Positions 19,672 to 29,286 of a stretch of 64,000 bases of DNA are shown in pieces (within the stretch, counting starts at the first letter, position 1; every line of letters begins with the position of its first letter). Position numbers and translations under genes: made by a program. Source of the stretch: an uncultured Candidatus Saccharibacteria bacterium (GTDB taxonomy: Bacteria; Patescibacteriota; Minisyncoccia; UBA6257; 02-FULL-45-10c); contig CAYHBW010000002.1 in assembly GCA_964355085.1 (NCBI GenBank), forward strand, positions 6 through 64,005. The letters are read 5' to 3'. The notes below the pieces were generated by a model. The model saw only the letters and a program-made list of their open reading frames with translations, did not search any database and had not been told where the DNA came from.

Positions 19672-20175
19672 TTAATTTATTTCAATCACGACGTATTCCC
19701 GTATTCCGTTTTTTGTTTTGACGTAGGCGGTTTCCCCGATTTTTTTCCCGATGATGCTCTTGCCGAGAGGGGATTCGTTGGAAATTCTTCCATTCGTCGG
19801 ATCGGATTCCTGGGATCCGAGGATCCTGTAGGTTTTTTCGGAATTGTCGGACCGCAGCCGGACGACCGATCCAATCTGCGCGGTTCCGGATTTTTTCTGA
19901 TCGGCTTTTATCACTACGGTCCGCTTAATTTGGTTCTCCGTGCTTAAAATCTGCCAGTGCGTCCGGCGGAGGGCGGATTTGACCTCTTTATATTCGGCAT
20001 TATCCGACCGGTCTCCGTAAGCCGCTGTCCTCTGGGTTTCGGCGATCAGCTCCGGCAGGGATTTTTTCAGCCGTTCCAATTTCTGCTTCAGTCGGTCGAA
20101 TCCTTCCTGCGTCAGATAGATCAGGCTATCGTCGTATTTTTTCAGTTTTTCATGCCTTCTGGTCGGTAATCGCAT
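19672..20175 (-). CDS. greA: GreA/GreB family transcription elongation factor
   Basis: YLTQEG, GDRSDNAEY and ISNESPLGK motifs. Confidence 0.85.
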   Translation of the reverse strand: MRLPTRRHEKLKKYDDSLIYLTQEGFDRLKQKLERLKKSLPELIAETQRTAAYGDRSDNAEYKEVKSALRRTHWQILSTENQIKRTVVIKADQKKSGTAQIGSVVRLRSDNSEKTYRILGSQESDPTNGRISNESPLGKSIIGKKIGETAYVKTKNGIREYVVIEIN

Positions 20176-20269
20176 ATTTATTCAGACTTTAATCATCGCA
20201 TATTCTGCGGGCGCCTTTCAATCCGGCGGATGCGGAGAATCATGACCGCCGATTTGCTATCATTATAGT

Positions 20270-21547
20270 ATGAATATCCCGTTCGTCATTTTGTGCCTTA
20301 CGACGTTGTTTTTCTGGTTTTTGGTCATATATCTGCATCAGCAGAAATACCGGATAACCATCATACCTCTCTACGCGTATATCGCGGTTCTGACCGTTCT
20401 GATGCATAATTTTACGGATCTCGATTTCGCCATAGTGATGGGTCGGTGGTTTTTTCTGATATCTTCTTTTTCCCTTTTTACGACCCTGATGTTCGGAACG
20501 CTTTTTCTGTATCTTTTCGAAGGCCCGCGTGCCGGCCGGGTGGCGCTTGGCGTGATACTTTTCTCCTCTCTTTTTTATATCGCAACGGTTTACTTCCTCG
20601 GTTTCCAGGTTGATACGACCAGATGGGTTCAATTCAGCGCCGAGCAGGGGACGTATTATTTCTGGTCAATTCTTGCCATAGTTCTGGACGTGCTTTTTTT
20701 GGCGGTATTTTGGGAGCTGCTGTCTAAAATAAGCAGGTTGAACCTTACGGTCCGGGTGTTCCTTGTTGTATTCGGCGTTTTTGCTTTGGATTCGTTTATT
20801 TTTACGACCGGGGCTTTCGCCGGAACGGAATTCTATGCGGCGATTCTTAGCGGCAATCTCATGATTAGATTCATTTTGTCGTTATTCGGAGCGCCGATAA
20901 TGGCCCACTTCATGAGGGCTGAAGGATTTACGGAGGCCACACGGCAAAAACCCAAGAAATTCTGGGAAATCATGAATTTTCGTTCGGATCTGGAAATCAA
21001 GATATTGAGTCTTGAAGAGACGATTGTCAGCAATAAAATTCTTGAGGAAAAACTTAAGGATATCACCGAGACGTATGAACTGGCGATCGCCGGGGCGGGA
21101 GCCGGAATATGGGATTTGGATGTTTCCGGGAACCGCATGAAATTTTCACCGAAACTTTACCAGCTTCTTGGATATGAGCCGGGCGAACTCGACACTGATT
21201 TTGATTTTTTGAAATCTTCGCTTCTTAATTCCGATGAGAGCGATCAGGTTCTTTCGCTTGTTGAGAAAAGACTTGCCGACGGAAAACCGCTTGAGGCGGA
21301 GTGCCGTTTGAAAACAAAGTCCGGTCAGTACCGCTGGTTTTTGGCCAATGGGATTACCAAATTCGATAAACGAGGGAAGCCGGTCAGGATGGTCGGGTCT
21401 ATAATCGATATCAGCAACAAAAAAGATTCCGAGCTCAAACTTAAGGAGAAGATGGATGAACTGACGAAATTCAATGAAGTCATGCTCGGAAGGGAGCTGA
21501 AAATGATCGAGCTTAAGAAGGAAATAGATAATCTGAAAAACTCCTGA
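20270..21547 (+). CDS. Membrane sensor: about 7-TM VUT/YhhQ-like domain, PAS_3/PAC and RELKMIELK tail
   Basis: Multiple TM helices including LDSFIF..GAF; GIWD.D...R.KTKSG.YRW...GSIIDIS PAS; MLGRELKMIELKKEI. Confidence 0.8.
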   Translation: MNIPFVILCLTTLFFWFLVIYLHQQKYRITIIPLYAYIAVLTVLMHNFTDLDFAIVMGRWFFLISSFSLFTTLMFGTLFLYLFEGPRAGRVALGVILFSSLFYIATVYFLGFQVDTTRWVQFSAEQGTYYFWSILAIVLDVLFLAVFWELLSKISRLNLTVRVFLVVFGVFALDSFIFTTGAFAGTEFYAAILSGNLMIRFILSLFGAPIMAHFMRAEGFTEATRQKPKKFWEIMNFRSDLEIKILSLEETIVSNKILEEKLKDITETYELAIAGAGAGIWDLDVSGNRMKFSPKLYQLLGYEPGELDTDFDFLKSSLLNSDESDQVLSLVEKRLADGKPLEAECRLKTKSGQYRWFLANGITKFDKRGKPVRMVGSIIDISNKKDSELKLKEKMDELTKFNEVMLGRELKMIELKKEIDNLKNS

Positions 21548-21697
21548 ATTTCCGGTGGTGCTGGAATTAAAACCCGGCAGTTTTCAATCCTCAATTTCAT
21601 CTAGGTTTTCATTATCCGGCTTGATCCTGCCAGTCCGGGTCTCCACCGCTAGGAAGAGTCTCCCGGTGAATCACGATCATGTCTGTATCTTCAATCA

Positions 21698-21862
21698 TCA
21701 GGAGTTCTTCTCCCAATCCTTCGCTATGCCAGTAATTCCGATGATGGCCGTTATGATTCCGATCAGTTGTCCGCCGGGACTGTCATCGTATTCGCCGAAT
21801 ACGAACAGAAATGTTCCTAATGATATGGCGGCGGAGGAGAATATTATTTTCATTTTGTTCAT
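21698..21862 (-). CDS. Small two-TM protein with GEYDDSPGG loop (54 aa, not in ORF track)
   Basis: Manual translation MNKMKIIFSSAAISLGTFLFVFGEYDDSPGGQLIGIITAIIGITGIAKDWEKNS*. Confidence 0.6.
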   Translation of the reverse strand: MNKMKIIFSSAAISLGTFLFVFGEYDDSPGGQLIGIITAIIGITGIAKDWEKNS

Positions 21863-21994
21863 ATAAGAAATATAACTATGATCTTTATGGAGCGGTTAAT
21901 TCCGAAAAATTTGCTCCTCGGGTAAAAGTATTTCCCGAGGGCTGCGTTCTAAAATATAAAAGCGCCCGAAGGCGCTAATATATTTTCTCACTTG

Positions 21995-22066
21995 CTCCTC
22001 GGGTAGGGATCGAACCTACGACCGTCGCCTTAACAGGGCGCCGCTCTACCGCTGAGCTACCGAGGA
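21995..22066 (-). tRNA. tRNA-Asn(GTT), CCA not encoded
   Basis: TCCTCGG/CCGAGGA acceptor stem, D arm TAGCTCAGCGGTAGAGC, anticodon loop CTGTTAA, T loop GGTTCGATCCC. Confidence 0.95.
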
Positions 22067-22140
22067 ATATGAAGATTATTATATCGTAAAATCCGCTGTT
22101 TGCAAATACTGGCGCTTCCTATCTGTTATAATTATTTTAT

Positions 22141-22944
22141 ATGAATAAAAACATCATTTTTTGGATCGCGGGAGTTGTTTTTGCGGTTGCCGGTTGGTGG
22201 ATCTGGCAGTCCGGGTATTCCGGCGCGGACCGCCCGATTGCCGATTTTAAAGAGGCGGTTTATGAAATCAACGGACGGGAAATGCGGCTGGAAGGGGAGG
22301 CGGATCCGGAAACAAAAATGAATGCGTATTATTTCGGAAATGAGGCGAGTGGAGATCTGAACGGCGACGGATTGGACGACGTTATATTTCTGCTTACGCT
22401 CGACGGCGGCGGCAGCGGAACTTTCTTTTACGTTGCTGCGGCGCTCAAGACTGCCGACGGATATGCCGGTCAAAATGCGGTTTTTCTTGGAGACAGGATC
22501 GCTCCGCAGACTACGGAGATTTTCAACGGTATTGTTTATGTGAATTATGCGGAGCGGAAGGAAAATGATCCTATGACTACGCGACCTTCGGTCGGCGTTA
22601 CGAAATACCTGAATTTTTCCGGCGGCGCGCTTGCGGAAATAATTATTCAGGCAGGCGAGCAGCTGATGTGGGGGAATATCGTCATGGGTCACGAAGTACG
22701 GTCTTTCAGATCCTGCCAGGGCAATCATGAATATTGGATAATGGGGGATTCGCCCGCGTACAAAAAGATCGCTGATTCCTATCAAGAGCTTCTTCCGGCC
22801 GGTTCAAAGCCGTATACTCCGATATTCGGGGCTCTGATCGGCAGGATTGTGAAGTCCCCGGTAGACGGCTTCGGGGCTGATTATGACAACGCTCTTTCAG
22901 CAAGGGAAATAATTTCGGCAAGTCCGACAGGTCGATGTAGATGA
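22141..22944 (+). CDS. Membrane-anchored exported hypothetical protein
   Basis: N-terminal TM; GDLNGDG..D...GGSGTFFY...LGDRI domain; C-terminal GHEVRSF..C domain. Confidence 0.75.
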   Translation: MNKNIIFWIAGVVFAVAGWWIWQSGYSGADRPIADFKEAVYEINGREMRLEGEADPETKMNAYYFGNEASGDLNGDGLDDVIFLLTLDGGGSGTFFYVAAALKTADGYAGQNAVFLGDRIAPQTTEIFNGIVYVNYAERKENDPMTTRPSVGVTKYLNFSGGALAEIIIQAGEQLMWGNIVMGHEVRSFRSCQGNHEYWIMGDSPAYKKIADSYQELLPAGSKPYTPIFGALIGRIVKSPVDGFGADYDNALSAREIISASPTGRCR

Positions 22945-22990
22945 CATTTCGGAAGGATTGAAATTCATTATAATTTATTTTTTAAATTTC

Positions 22991-23410
22991 ATGATTGAAT
23001 TGAATTATTTTGCTGTTTTGGGAGCGGCGTTTGCAAGTATGGCGATCGGAATGCTTTGGTACGGCCCGGTGTTCGGAAATACGTGGAAGCAGCTGATGGG
23101 CATTACGGACGAAAGCATGAAATCAATGAGTATGACTCCGATGCGCGCGATGTTGCTCGGTTTTGCGTCAAATCTTGTCATGGCTTGCGTACTTTCATAT
23201 TCGCTGGCATTTGCCAACGCATTTCTCGGCACATCCGGATTAAGCGCCGGATTGATGGCCGGATTCTGGAGTTGGCTGGGTTTTGTAGCTCCGGTTCAGC
23301 TCGGATCTGTTCTCTGGGAAGGTAAGTCCTGGCAGCTCTGGTTTCTGAACGCCTCTTATCAGCTGGTCGCTTTGGCGGTCATGGGGGCGATTCTGGCGGC
23401 AATGGGATAG
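22991..23410 (+). CDS. DUF1761-like membrane protein
   Basis: N..AV..A...G.LWYGP.FG..W motif; four TMs; W.GF..P. Confidence 0.8.
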   Translation: MIELNYFAVLGAAFASMAIGMLWYGPVFGNTWKQLMGITDESMKSMSMTPMRAMLLGFASNLVMACVLSYSLAFANAFLGTSGLSAGLMAGFWSWLGFVAPVQLGSVLWEGKSWQLWFLNASYQLVALAVMGAILAAMG

Positions 23411-23421
23411 TTTCGCGGGTA

Positions 23422-23450
23422 TTGCGTTTTACCGGATTTTATGATATATT
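23422..23450 (+). promoter_or_regulatory. Sigma70-type promoter of the RRM gene
   Basis: TTGCGT-17 nt-TATATT. Confidence 0.6.
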
Positions 23451-23559
23451 GTAATGCGTAGGATTAAATAGTCTGACTCCCTAAGTAAGTTATAAGTTTA
23501 CTTGTAATCATTTTAAGTTGGAGGAAGCAGGTCGGCCCTACGAAAAATATAGATTATAT

Positions 23560-23868
23560 ATGGCAAAAAAATTATACGTCGGTGGTCTGCCTTATTCCAC
23601 AACTCAAGACGAGTTGAAGAATGAGTTTTCCAAAGCTGGCGCAGTTTCCTCTGCAATGGTCATCATGGATAAAATGACCGGCCGTTCCAAAGGATTCGGA
23701 TTCGTTGAATATGAATCCGATGAAGACGCTGCGAAAGCCATTGAAATGTTCAATGGCCAGATGCTTGGTGGCCGCAATTTGACGGTCAATGAAGCCCGCC
23801 CGCTTGAAGCCCGTCCGCCTCGCAGAGACGGAGGTGGTTTCGGTGGAGGTCGTCGCGACAGATTCTAA
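23560..23868 (+). CDS. RRM (RNP-1) RNA-binding protein
   Basis: KLYVGGL (RNP2), RSKGFGFVE (RNP1) and Gly/Arg tail. Confidence 0.97.
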   Translation: MAKKLYVGGLPYSTTQDELKNEFSKAGAVSSAMVIMDKMTGRSKGFGFVEYESDEDAAKAIEMFNGQMLGGRNLTVNEARPLEARPPRRDGGGFGGGRRDRF

Positions 23869-23877
23869 TATTGAATC

Positions 23878-23911
23878 AACGAAAACAGCCCATAAAGGGC
23901 TGTTTTCGTTT
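23878..23911 (+). terminator. Intrinsic terminator
   Basis: aacgaaaacagccc-ataaa-gggctgttttcgtt 14-bp stem. Confidence 0.85.
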
Positions 23912-23944
23912 CTATGGACGGAAAGAATGTGATAAAATGAGCAC

Positions 23945-25192
23945 ATGGACAATTTATTAAACAAATGCGGAAACTTTTTCAATATTTTGAATGTCGGACT
24001 TTATCGGAGCACATTAGACGGAAAGTTCATTGAGGTCAATCCGGCTCTGGTAAAGATATCCGGTCTGGAGTCTGCGGAAGAACTTTTGAAGCACAATGTC
24101 ATTGAAATATACCGCAATCCGGAAAATCGGAAAGAAATAGTTGAAAAAATTAAAAAAGAAGGATCTATAACCCTTTACTCTTTTCCGGCCAGAAATTTCA
24201 AAGGTGAAAATATTCTGACAAATGTTTCCGTTATTTTTGACAAGGGAGGAAATGGAGTAGAGCCGCATTTGGATGGAGTCGTGCAGGACATTACGGAATT
24301 GGAAGAATCAAAAGATAAACTTTCTGAAATTCAGGAAAGATATCAGGACTTCATAAGAGATACTAATCTTGCAATTTTTATAAGTACGCCTGGACCGGTC
24401 GGCAAGTTCATCGAAGCCAATGATGCGGCCATAAAGATGTTCGGAGCTGATTCAAGGGAGGATCTGCTGAATCGCAAGCCGAGCGACCTTTATGCGGATC
24501 CGGAAGCGAGAGGAATGGCGAGTGATGAGCTGGTAAAGAGCGGGTTCATAAGGAACAAGGAAATTGAACTGTTGAATTATAAGGGTAAAAAAATATGGGT
24601 CGTCGTATCCGCTATATTGAAGAAAACAGATCAGGGTTCGCTTTTTTACGGGACATTTTTTGATATAACCGAAAGGAAGTTGATTGAAGAAAAATTAAGA
24701 GCCAGCGAGATAGTTCTGAAAAAATCCCAGGAAGTGTCCATGGTTGGAAGTTGGACGTTGAATACATTGACCGGCAAAATCAGATGGTCTGATGAAGTTT
24801 TCCATATTTTCGGGGTTGAAATCCAGGAAAATGATCTGGATTTTGAATATTTCATGAAGTTCGTCCATCGAGACGATCTTGAGAAGATAAATGATGAGCT
24901 GGAGAATATTTCGAAAGGAATGATTCCGGACCCGTTTGAATACAGGATAGTTCTCCAGGATAAATCAATTCGCAATATATATGCTGTTTCTTACGGAGAA
25001 TCTTCTGCTGACGGTAAATTGCAAACCTTATCTGGGATTGTTCAGGATATCACTGACAGGAAGAGGGTTGAACTTGATCTTCTGGAAAAGATCAATGAGT
25101 TGGAGCGAATTAACAGCTTAATGGTGAATCGGGAACTCAAGATGATTGAACTCAAAGAGGAGATAAGAAAATTGAGAGAGGAAAAATTATAA
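23945..25192 (+). CDS. Cytoplasmic triple-PAS protein with RELKMIELK tail and no output domain
   Basis: Three PAS/PAC units ending in DITE, DITER and DITDR, then LMVNRELKMIELKEEIRKL. Confidence 0.85.
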   Translation: MDNLLNKCGNFFNILNVGLYRSTLDGKFIEVNPALVKISGLESAEELLKHNVIEIYRNPENRKEIVEKIKKEGSITLYSFPARNFKGENILTNVSVIFDKGGNGVEPHLDGVVQDITELEESKDKLSEIQERYQDFIRDTNLAIFISTPGPVGKFIEANDAAIKMFGADSREDLLNRKPSDLYADPEARGMASDELVKSGFIRNKEIELLNYKGKKIWVVVSAILKKTDQGSLFYGTFFDITERKLIEEKLRASEIVLKKSQEVSMVGSWTLNTLTGKIRWSDEVFHIFGVEIQENDLDFEYFMKFVHRDDLEKINDELENISKGMIPDPFEYRIVLQDKSIRNIYAVSYGESSADGKLQTLSGIVQDITDRKRVELDLLEKINELERINSLMVNRELKMIELKEEIRKLREEKL

Positions 25193-25211
25193 TTTTAAGG
25201 GACAAATTATT

Positions 25212-25352
25212 GTGAAACAGGTATTTCTGGGGATTTTGGCAATCGGAACGATAGCTTTTTCTTTCTTTATCGCCCGAGAGCAGATACTCTTCATTTTCAG
25301 GGAGATTTCCGCCGGCAGATACAGCGAAATCCAATTCAAAAAAATAAAATAG
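25212..25352 (+). CDS. Possible small membrane protein (46 aa, not in ORF track)
   Basis: GTG start; MKQVFLGILAIGTIAFSFFIAREQILFIFREISAGRYSEIQFKKIK* with one TM. Confidence 0.35.
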   Translation: MKQVFLGILAIGTIAFSFFIAREQILFIFREISAGRYSEIQFKKIK

Positions 25353-25404
25353 CCGGCATTTTAAAATAGGCGGCGAGGGGTTATAATTAATCTGAATCAG
25401 GATT

Positions 25405-25608
25405 ATGAGAAAATTATATAAAAGCAAAGATAATAAGGTTCTTTCCGGGGTTTTTGGGGGCGTTGCGGAATATTTTGATATCGATCCGACCATTGTCCGG
25501 CTCGGATATATTTTATTGACAATTCTGACTCATGGAGCGCCGGGAGTAATCGGCTATATTTTAGCCACATTGGTAGTTCCTTCAGATCCATCAGAAATCA
25601 GAAAATAA
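25405..25608 (+). CDS. PspC domain protein
   Basis: KLYKS..NKVLSGV.GGVAEYFDIDPTIVR. Confidence 0.92.
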   Translation: MRKLYKSKDNKVLSGVFGGVAEYFDIDPTIVRLGYILLTILTHGAPGVIGYILATLVVPSDPSEIRK

Positions 25609-25633
25609 TTTATCATCATACCGATTCAATGCC

Positions 25634-27184
25634 ATGAAAATACTGAATTTCATCCTAAAGCACTGGATTTTAAGCTCGGCGATTCTTTTGATCTTAGCGG
25701 CAGTTTCTTTTTATATCGCCGGCCGGAATTCTTCCTCTGTTTATAATACAGTCATCGCGGACCGCGGGAATATCCGGCAGGAAGTGAGCGTTACCGGGAA
25801 AATTAAACCTGTCAGCGCAGCAGATCTGGCATTTGAGAAAACCGGAAAAGTCAGCCGGATCTATGCGGAAGTCGGAGATAAGATTCCGGCCGGAAAGATT
25901 CTTGCCGAGTTGGATCGTAGTGAACTTCTGACCCAGCTGGCGGAGGCCCGTGCTAATTTTGAAGCGCAGGCCGCCAAGCTTACAGAATTGAGGAACGGAA
26001 CGCGTCCGGAAGAAATTCAGATCCAGGAAGTGAAAGTTTCTAACGCGGAAACGGCGCTTGCTGACGCCAGGCAATATCTTATCGATAAAATAAATGAGTC
26101 TTATACGAAATCCGATGACGCGATCAGAAATACGGCTGATCAGTTTTTCAACAGCCCCCGCAGTTCCAATCCCCAGTTGAGCTTCAGTCCGTCCGATGGG
26201 ATTCTGAAGTCAAAACTGGAGAACGACCGGGCCAATCTGGAATCTCTGCTGGTAAGCTGGAACGACGGTCTCAAGGATCTGAATCTCGGTTCCGATCTGA
26301 ATTCTTTCGCTTCTTCTGCGAATTACAATCTCAATCAGGTCAAGGACTTCATGAAGAACGCGGCTTTGGTCGTAAATGTTCTTACTCCGAATTCCAATCT
26401 CACGCAGACAACGATCGATTCCTGGAAATCCGGAGTTTCCGCCGCCAGGACGGCCGTGAACACCGGTTTGGCGAATCTTTCCGCCGCCCTTGAGAAAATG
26501 CGATCAGCGCAGTCATCTTTGGATCTTGAAAAAAATCAGCTTCTTCTTAAAAAAGCCGGATCTACGCAGGAAACCATTTCCGCGCAGGAGGCCCAGATAA
26601 GCCAGGCCTCGGCGAAAGTTGAGAATATCCAGGCGCAGATAGAAAAGACTTTTTTGCGCTCGCCGGTATCCGGAACCGTAGTGAGGCAGGACGCGAAGGT
26701 GGGAGAGGTTGTTTCCGGAAATCTGAACGTCATTTCCGTAATTTCTGAAGACAATCTGAAAATTGAGGCGAATATCCCGGAAGTTGATATCGGAAAGATA
26801 AAAACCGGAGATCCGGCGACTGTCGCTTTGGATGCTTTTCCCGGAGAATATTTTTCCGGCAAGGTTTCCTATATTGATCCGGGGGAGACCGTAATCGAGG
26901 GAGTTACCACCTACAAGGTCACCATGTATTTTGATTCGGAGGACGTCCGCATCCGTTCCGGCATGACCGCGGACATCGATATTCTGACTGCGGAAAAAAG
27001 CGATGTCATTGTCATACCGCAAAGAGCCGTCATAGTGAAAAACGGCGACCGATCGGTGTCCTTGCTTTCCGGTAAGACTGTCCGTGAAGTTTCAGTTGAA
27101 ACAGGAATCAGGAGTTTTGAAGGCATGGTTGAGATAACAAGCGGATTGTCCGGCGGGGAAGAGGTGATTGTGTCGGTCAAATAA
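25634..27184 (+). CDS. Efflux periplasmic adaptor (MacA/HlyD family)
   Basis: N-terminal TM, lipoyl-like halves around a long coiled coil, SPVSG and GMTA motifs. Confidence 0.9.
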   Translation: MKILNFILKHWILSSAILLILAAVSFYIAGRNSSSVYNTVIADRGNIRQEVSVTGKIKPVSAADLAFEKTGKVSRIYAEVGDKIPAGKILAELDRSELLTQLAEARANFEAQAAKLTELRNGTRPEEIQIQEVKVSNAETALADARQYLIDKINESYTKSDDAIRNTADQFFNSPRSSNPQLSFSPSDGILKSKLENDRANLESLLVSWNDGLKDLNLGSDLNSFASSANYNLNQVKDFMKNAALVVNVLTPNSNLTQTTIDSWKSGVSAARTAVNTGLANLSAALEKMRSAQSSLDLEKNQLLLKKAGSTQETISAQEAQISQASAKVENIQAQIEKTFLRSPVSGTVVRQDAKVGEVVSGNLNVISVISEDNLKIEANIPEVDIGKIKTGDPATVALDAFPGEYFSGKVSYIDPGETVIEGVTTYKVTMYFDSEDVRIRSGMTADIDILTAEKSDVIVIPQRAVIVKNGDRSVSLLSGKTVREVSVETGIRSFEGMVEITSGLSGGEEVIVSVK

Positions 27185-27188
27185 AAAG

Positions 27189-27908
27189 ATGGCATTAATA
27201 GAAATCCGGGGTCTCAAGAAAATTTATCAGGACGGCGATGCCCAGACTGTCGCATTGGGCGGACTTGATTTCAGCGTGGAAGAGGGGGAATTTTTGGCGA
27301 TAATGGGTCCTTCCGGATCCGGCAAGTCCACGCTGATGCATATTCTCGGTTTTTTGGACGAACCGACTTCGGGCAATTATTTTTTGGACGGCAAGGATAT
27401 AACCGAGTTCGATAAAGAGGAGATTGCGAGGATGCGCAATAAGCGGTTCGGTTTCATTTTCCAGTCTTTCAACCTTCTTCCCCGTACGACGGTGTTGGAG
27501 AACGTCAAACTACCGCTTATTTATTCCGGAATAGATGAAGGAAGTTGGGACGAGCTTGCAAAAGCGGCGATAGAGTCCGTCGGGATGTCGCACCGCATCA
27601 ACCATGAGCCGTCCGAACTTTCCGGAGGGGAGAAGCAGAGAGTCGCCATCGCCCGCGCCCTGGTTACCGATCCCAAGATAATTTTTGCCGACGAGCCGAC
27701 AGGAAATCTTGATTCGAAATCCGGTCAGGTGGTAATGGAAATAATCCAGAATCTGAATGAGAAGCAGGGTCGGACGGTTTTTCTCGTCACTCATGAGACT
27801 TATACGGCCGAGCACGCAAAAAGAATATTGCGTCTTCATGATGGGCTCATAATCAGCGACCAAAAGGTGAGTAATAACCACAGGCAGGCGAGTAATTTCA
27901 TAAAATGA
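27189..27908 (+). CDS. ABC transporter ATP-binding protein (MacB/LolD-like)
   Basis: [23 protein letters not shown] and DEPTGNLD. Confidence 0.95.
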   Translation: MALIEIRGLKKIYQDGDAQTVALGGLDFSVEEGEFLAIMGPSGSGKSTLMHILGFLDEPTSGNYFLDGKDITEFDKEEIARMRNKRFGFIFQSFNLLPRTTVLENVKLPLIYSGIDEGSWDELAKAAIESVGMSHRINHEPSELSGGEKQRVAIARALVTDPKIIFADEPTGNLDSKSGQVVMEIIQNLNEKQGRTVFLVTHETYTAEHAKRILRLHDGLIISDQKVSNNHRQASNFIK

Positions 27909-27909
27909 C

Positions 27910-29154
27910 ATGTATCTGAAGTATGGAATAAAAATCGCAGTCCGCAGTCTGGCCGTGAACAAATCCCGGGCCTTTTTAACGATTCTTGGAATCGTGATCG
28001 GCATCACCGCAATCATGCTCATCATGTCGATCGGAGATGGAGCGGAAAATCTCATACTCGGACAGATCCAGGGAATGGGAGCGGACATGGTAGTCATACG
28101 TCCGGGACAGGAACCTAAAGGACCCAGCGATATCGGCAGCACTCTTTTCGCGGATTCATTGCGAACTACGGACATCGCGCTTCTTAAGCGGAAGGAAAAT
28201 GTCCCGCATCTTTCGAAGATCGCTCCGGCGGTGATAGTTCCGGGAAGCGTTTCCTACAAGAATGAAACTTATCGGCCGACGACTTTCGGCTGGTCTGCGG
28301 AATTCATGCAGGAGATATTCAAAGTTTATCCTTCGGAAGGATCTTTATTCACGCAGACTGATATCGACGCCAAGGCGAGCGTGGCGGTCATAGGAGACAA
28401 GGTCAAGCGGGAGCTTTTCGGATTGAGTAGCCCGATTGGAGAAAGCATCCGCATCAAAAATAAGAATTTCCGGGTTGTTGGCGTGTTGGAATCAAAAGGC
28501 CAGGTTTCCTTTTTCAATATGGACGATATGGTGGTTGTGCCGTACAGTTCGGCGCAGACATATCTTCTTGGAACGGATTATTATCACGAAGTCATGGTTC
28601 TGGTGGATGAGTCGCAGTATGTGGATGAGACCATAAAAGATATCGAGAGGACTCTTCGGGATGCGCATGACATCGTTGATCCGTCCAAAGACGATTTCTT
28701 CGTCGTTTCCCAGGCCGCCGCGCTCGATCAGATAAGCACGATTCTGAACGCTCTTACGATATTTTTGACTTCAGTTGTGGCGATTTCCCTGGTGGTCGGA
28801 GGCGTGGGCGTCATGAACATAATGCTCGTATCCGTGACCGAGCGGACGAGGGAAATCGGACTTCGGAAGGCGCTTGGGGCGACGGAGAAAGATATCCGCA
28901 ATCAGTTTCTTTTCGAGGCCATAATCCTGACCGGCACGGGCGGAATCATCGGAATAATATTGGGCGCTTTCCTTTCTTTTGTGGCGTCCATAGCCCTAAC
29001 TGAATTCGCGGCGCTGGATTGGAAATTCACTTTTCCGATTTCCGCGGCGCTTCTCGGCATCGGGGTATCTGCCGGAGTAGGATTGCTTTTCGGAATTTAT
29101 CCGGCCAGCCAGGCCGCCAAAAAAAATCCAATAGAAGCTCTTCGTTACGAATAA
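27910..29154 (+). CDS. ABC transporter permease (MacB/FtsX family)
   Basis: LTILGIVIGI, GVMNIMLVSVTERTREIGLRKALGA and PIEALRYE. Confidence 0.95.
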   Translation: MYLKYGIKIAVRSLAVNKSRAFLTILGIVIGITAIMLIMSIGDGAENLILGQIQGMGADMVVIRPGQEPKGPSDIGSTLFADSLRTTDIALLKRKENVPHLSKIAPAVIVPGSVSYKNETYRPTTFGWSAEFMQEIFKVYPSEGSLFTQTDIDAKASVAVIGDKVKRELFGLSSPIGESIRIKNKNFRVVGVLESKGQVSFFNMDDMVVVPYSSAQTYLLGTDYYHEVMVLVDESQYVDETIKDIERTLRDAHDIVDPSKDDFFVVSQAAALDQISTILNALTIFLTSVVAISLVVGGVGVMNIMLVSVTERTREIGLRKALGATEKDIRNQFLFEAIILTGTGGIIGIILGAFLSFVASIALTEFAALDWKFTFPISAALLGIGVSAGVGLLFGIYPASQAAKKNPIEALRYE

Positions 29155-29286
29155 AATTAAATCCGACTTGCCCCGTTAGATACGTAAGTTATCTAATGGG
29201 GTTGAGGCTCTGCGGTATGAGTAATTTTTTGCTATAATGATATGAAAGGCGGATGTCGGTCCGTCTAAATATAAATAATAATTAAA

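Noticed and set aside
21555-21866. Plus-strand 103-aa ORF
   Set aside because: The opposite-strand 54-aa two-TM ORF (21698-21862) is more protein-like
21911-22066. Prophage or island integrated at tRNA-Asn
   Set aside because: The direct repeats are only 81 bp apart, and there is no integrase or phage gene
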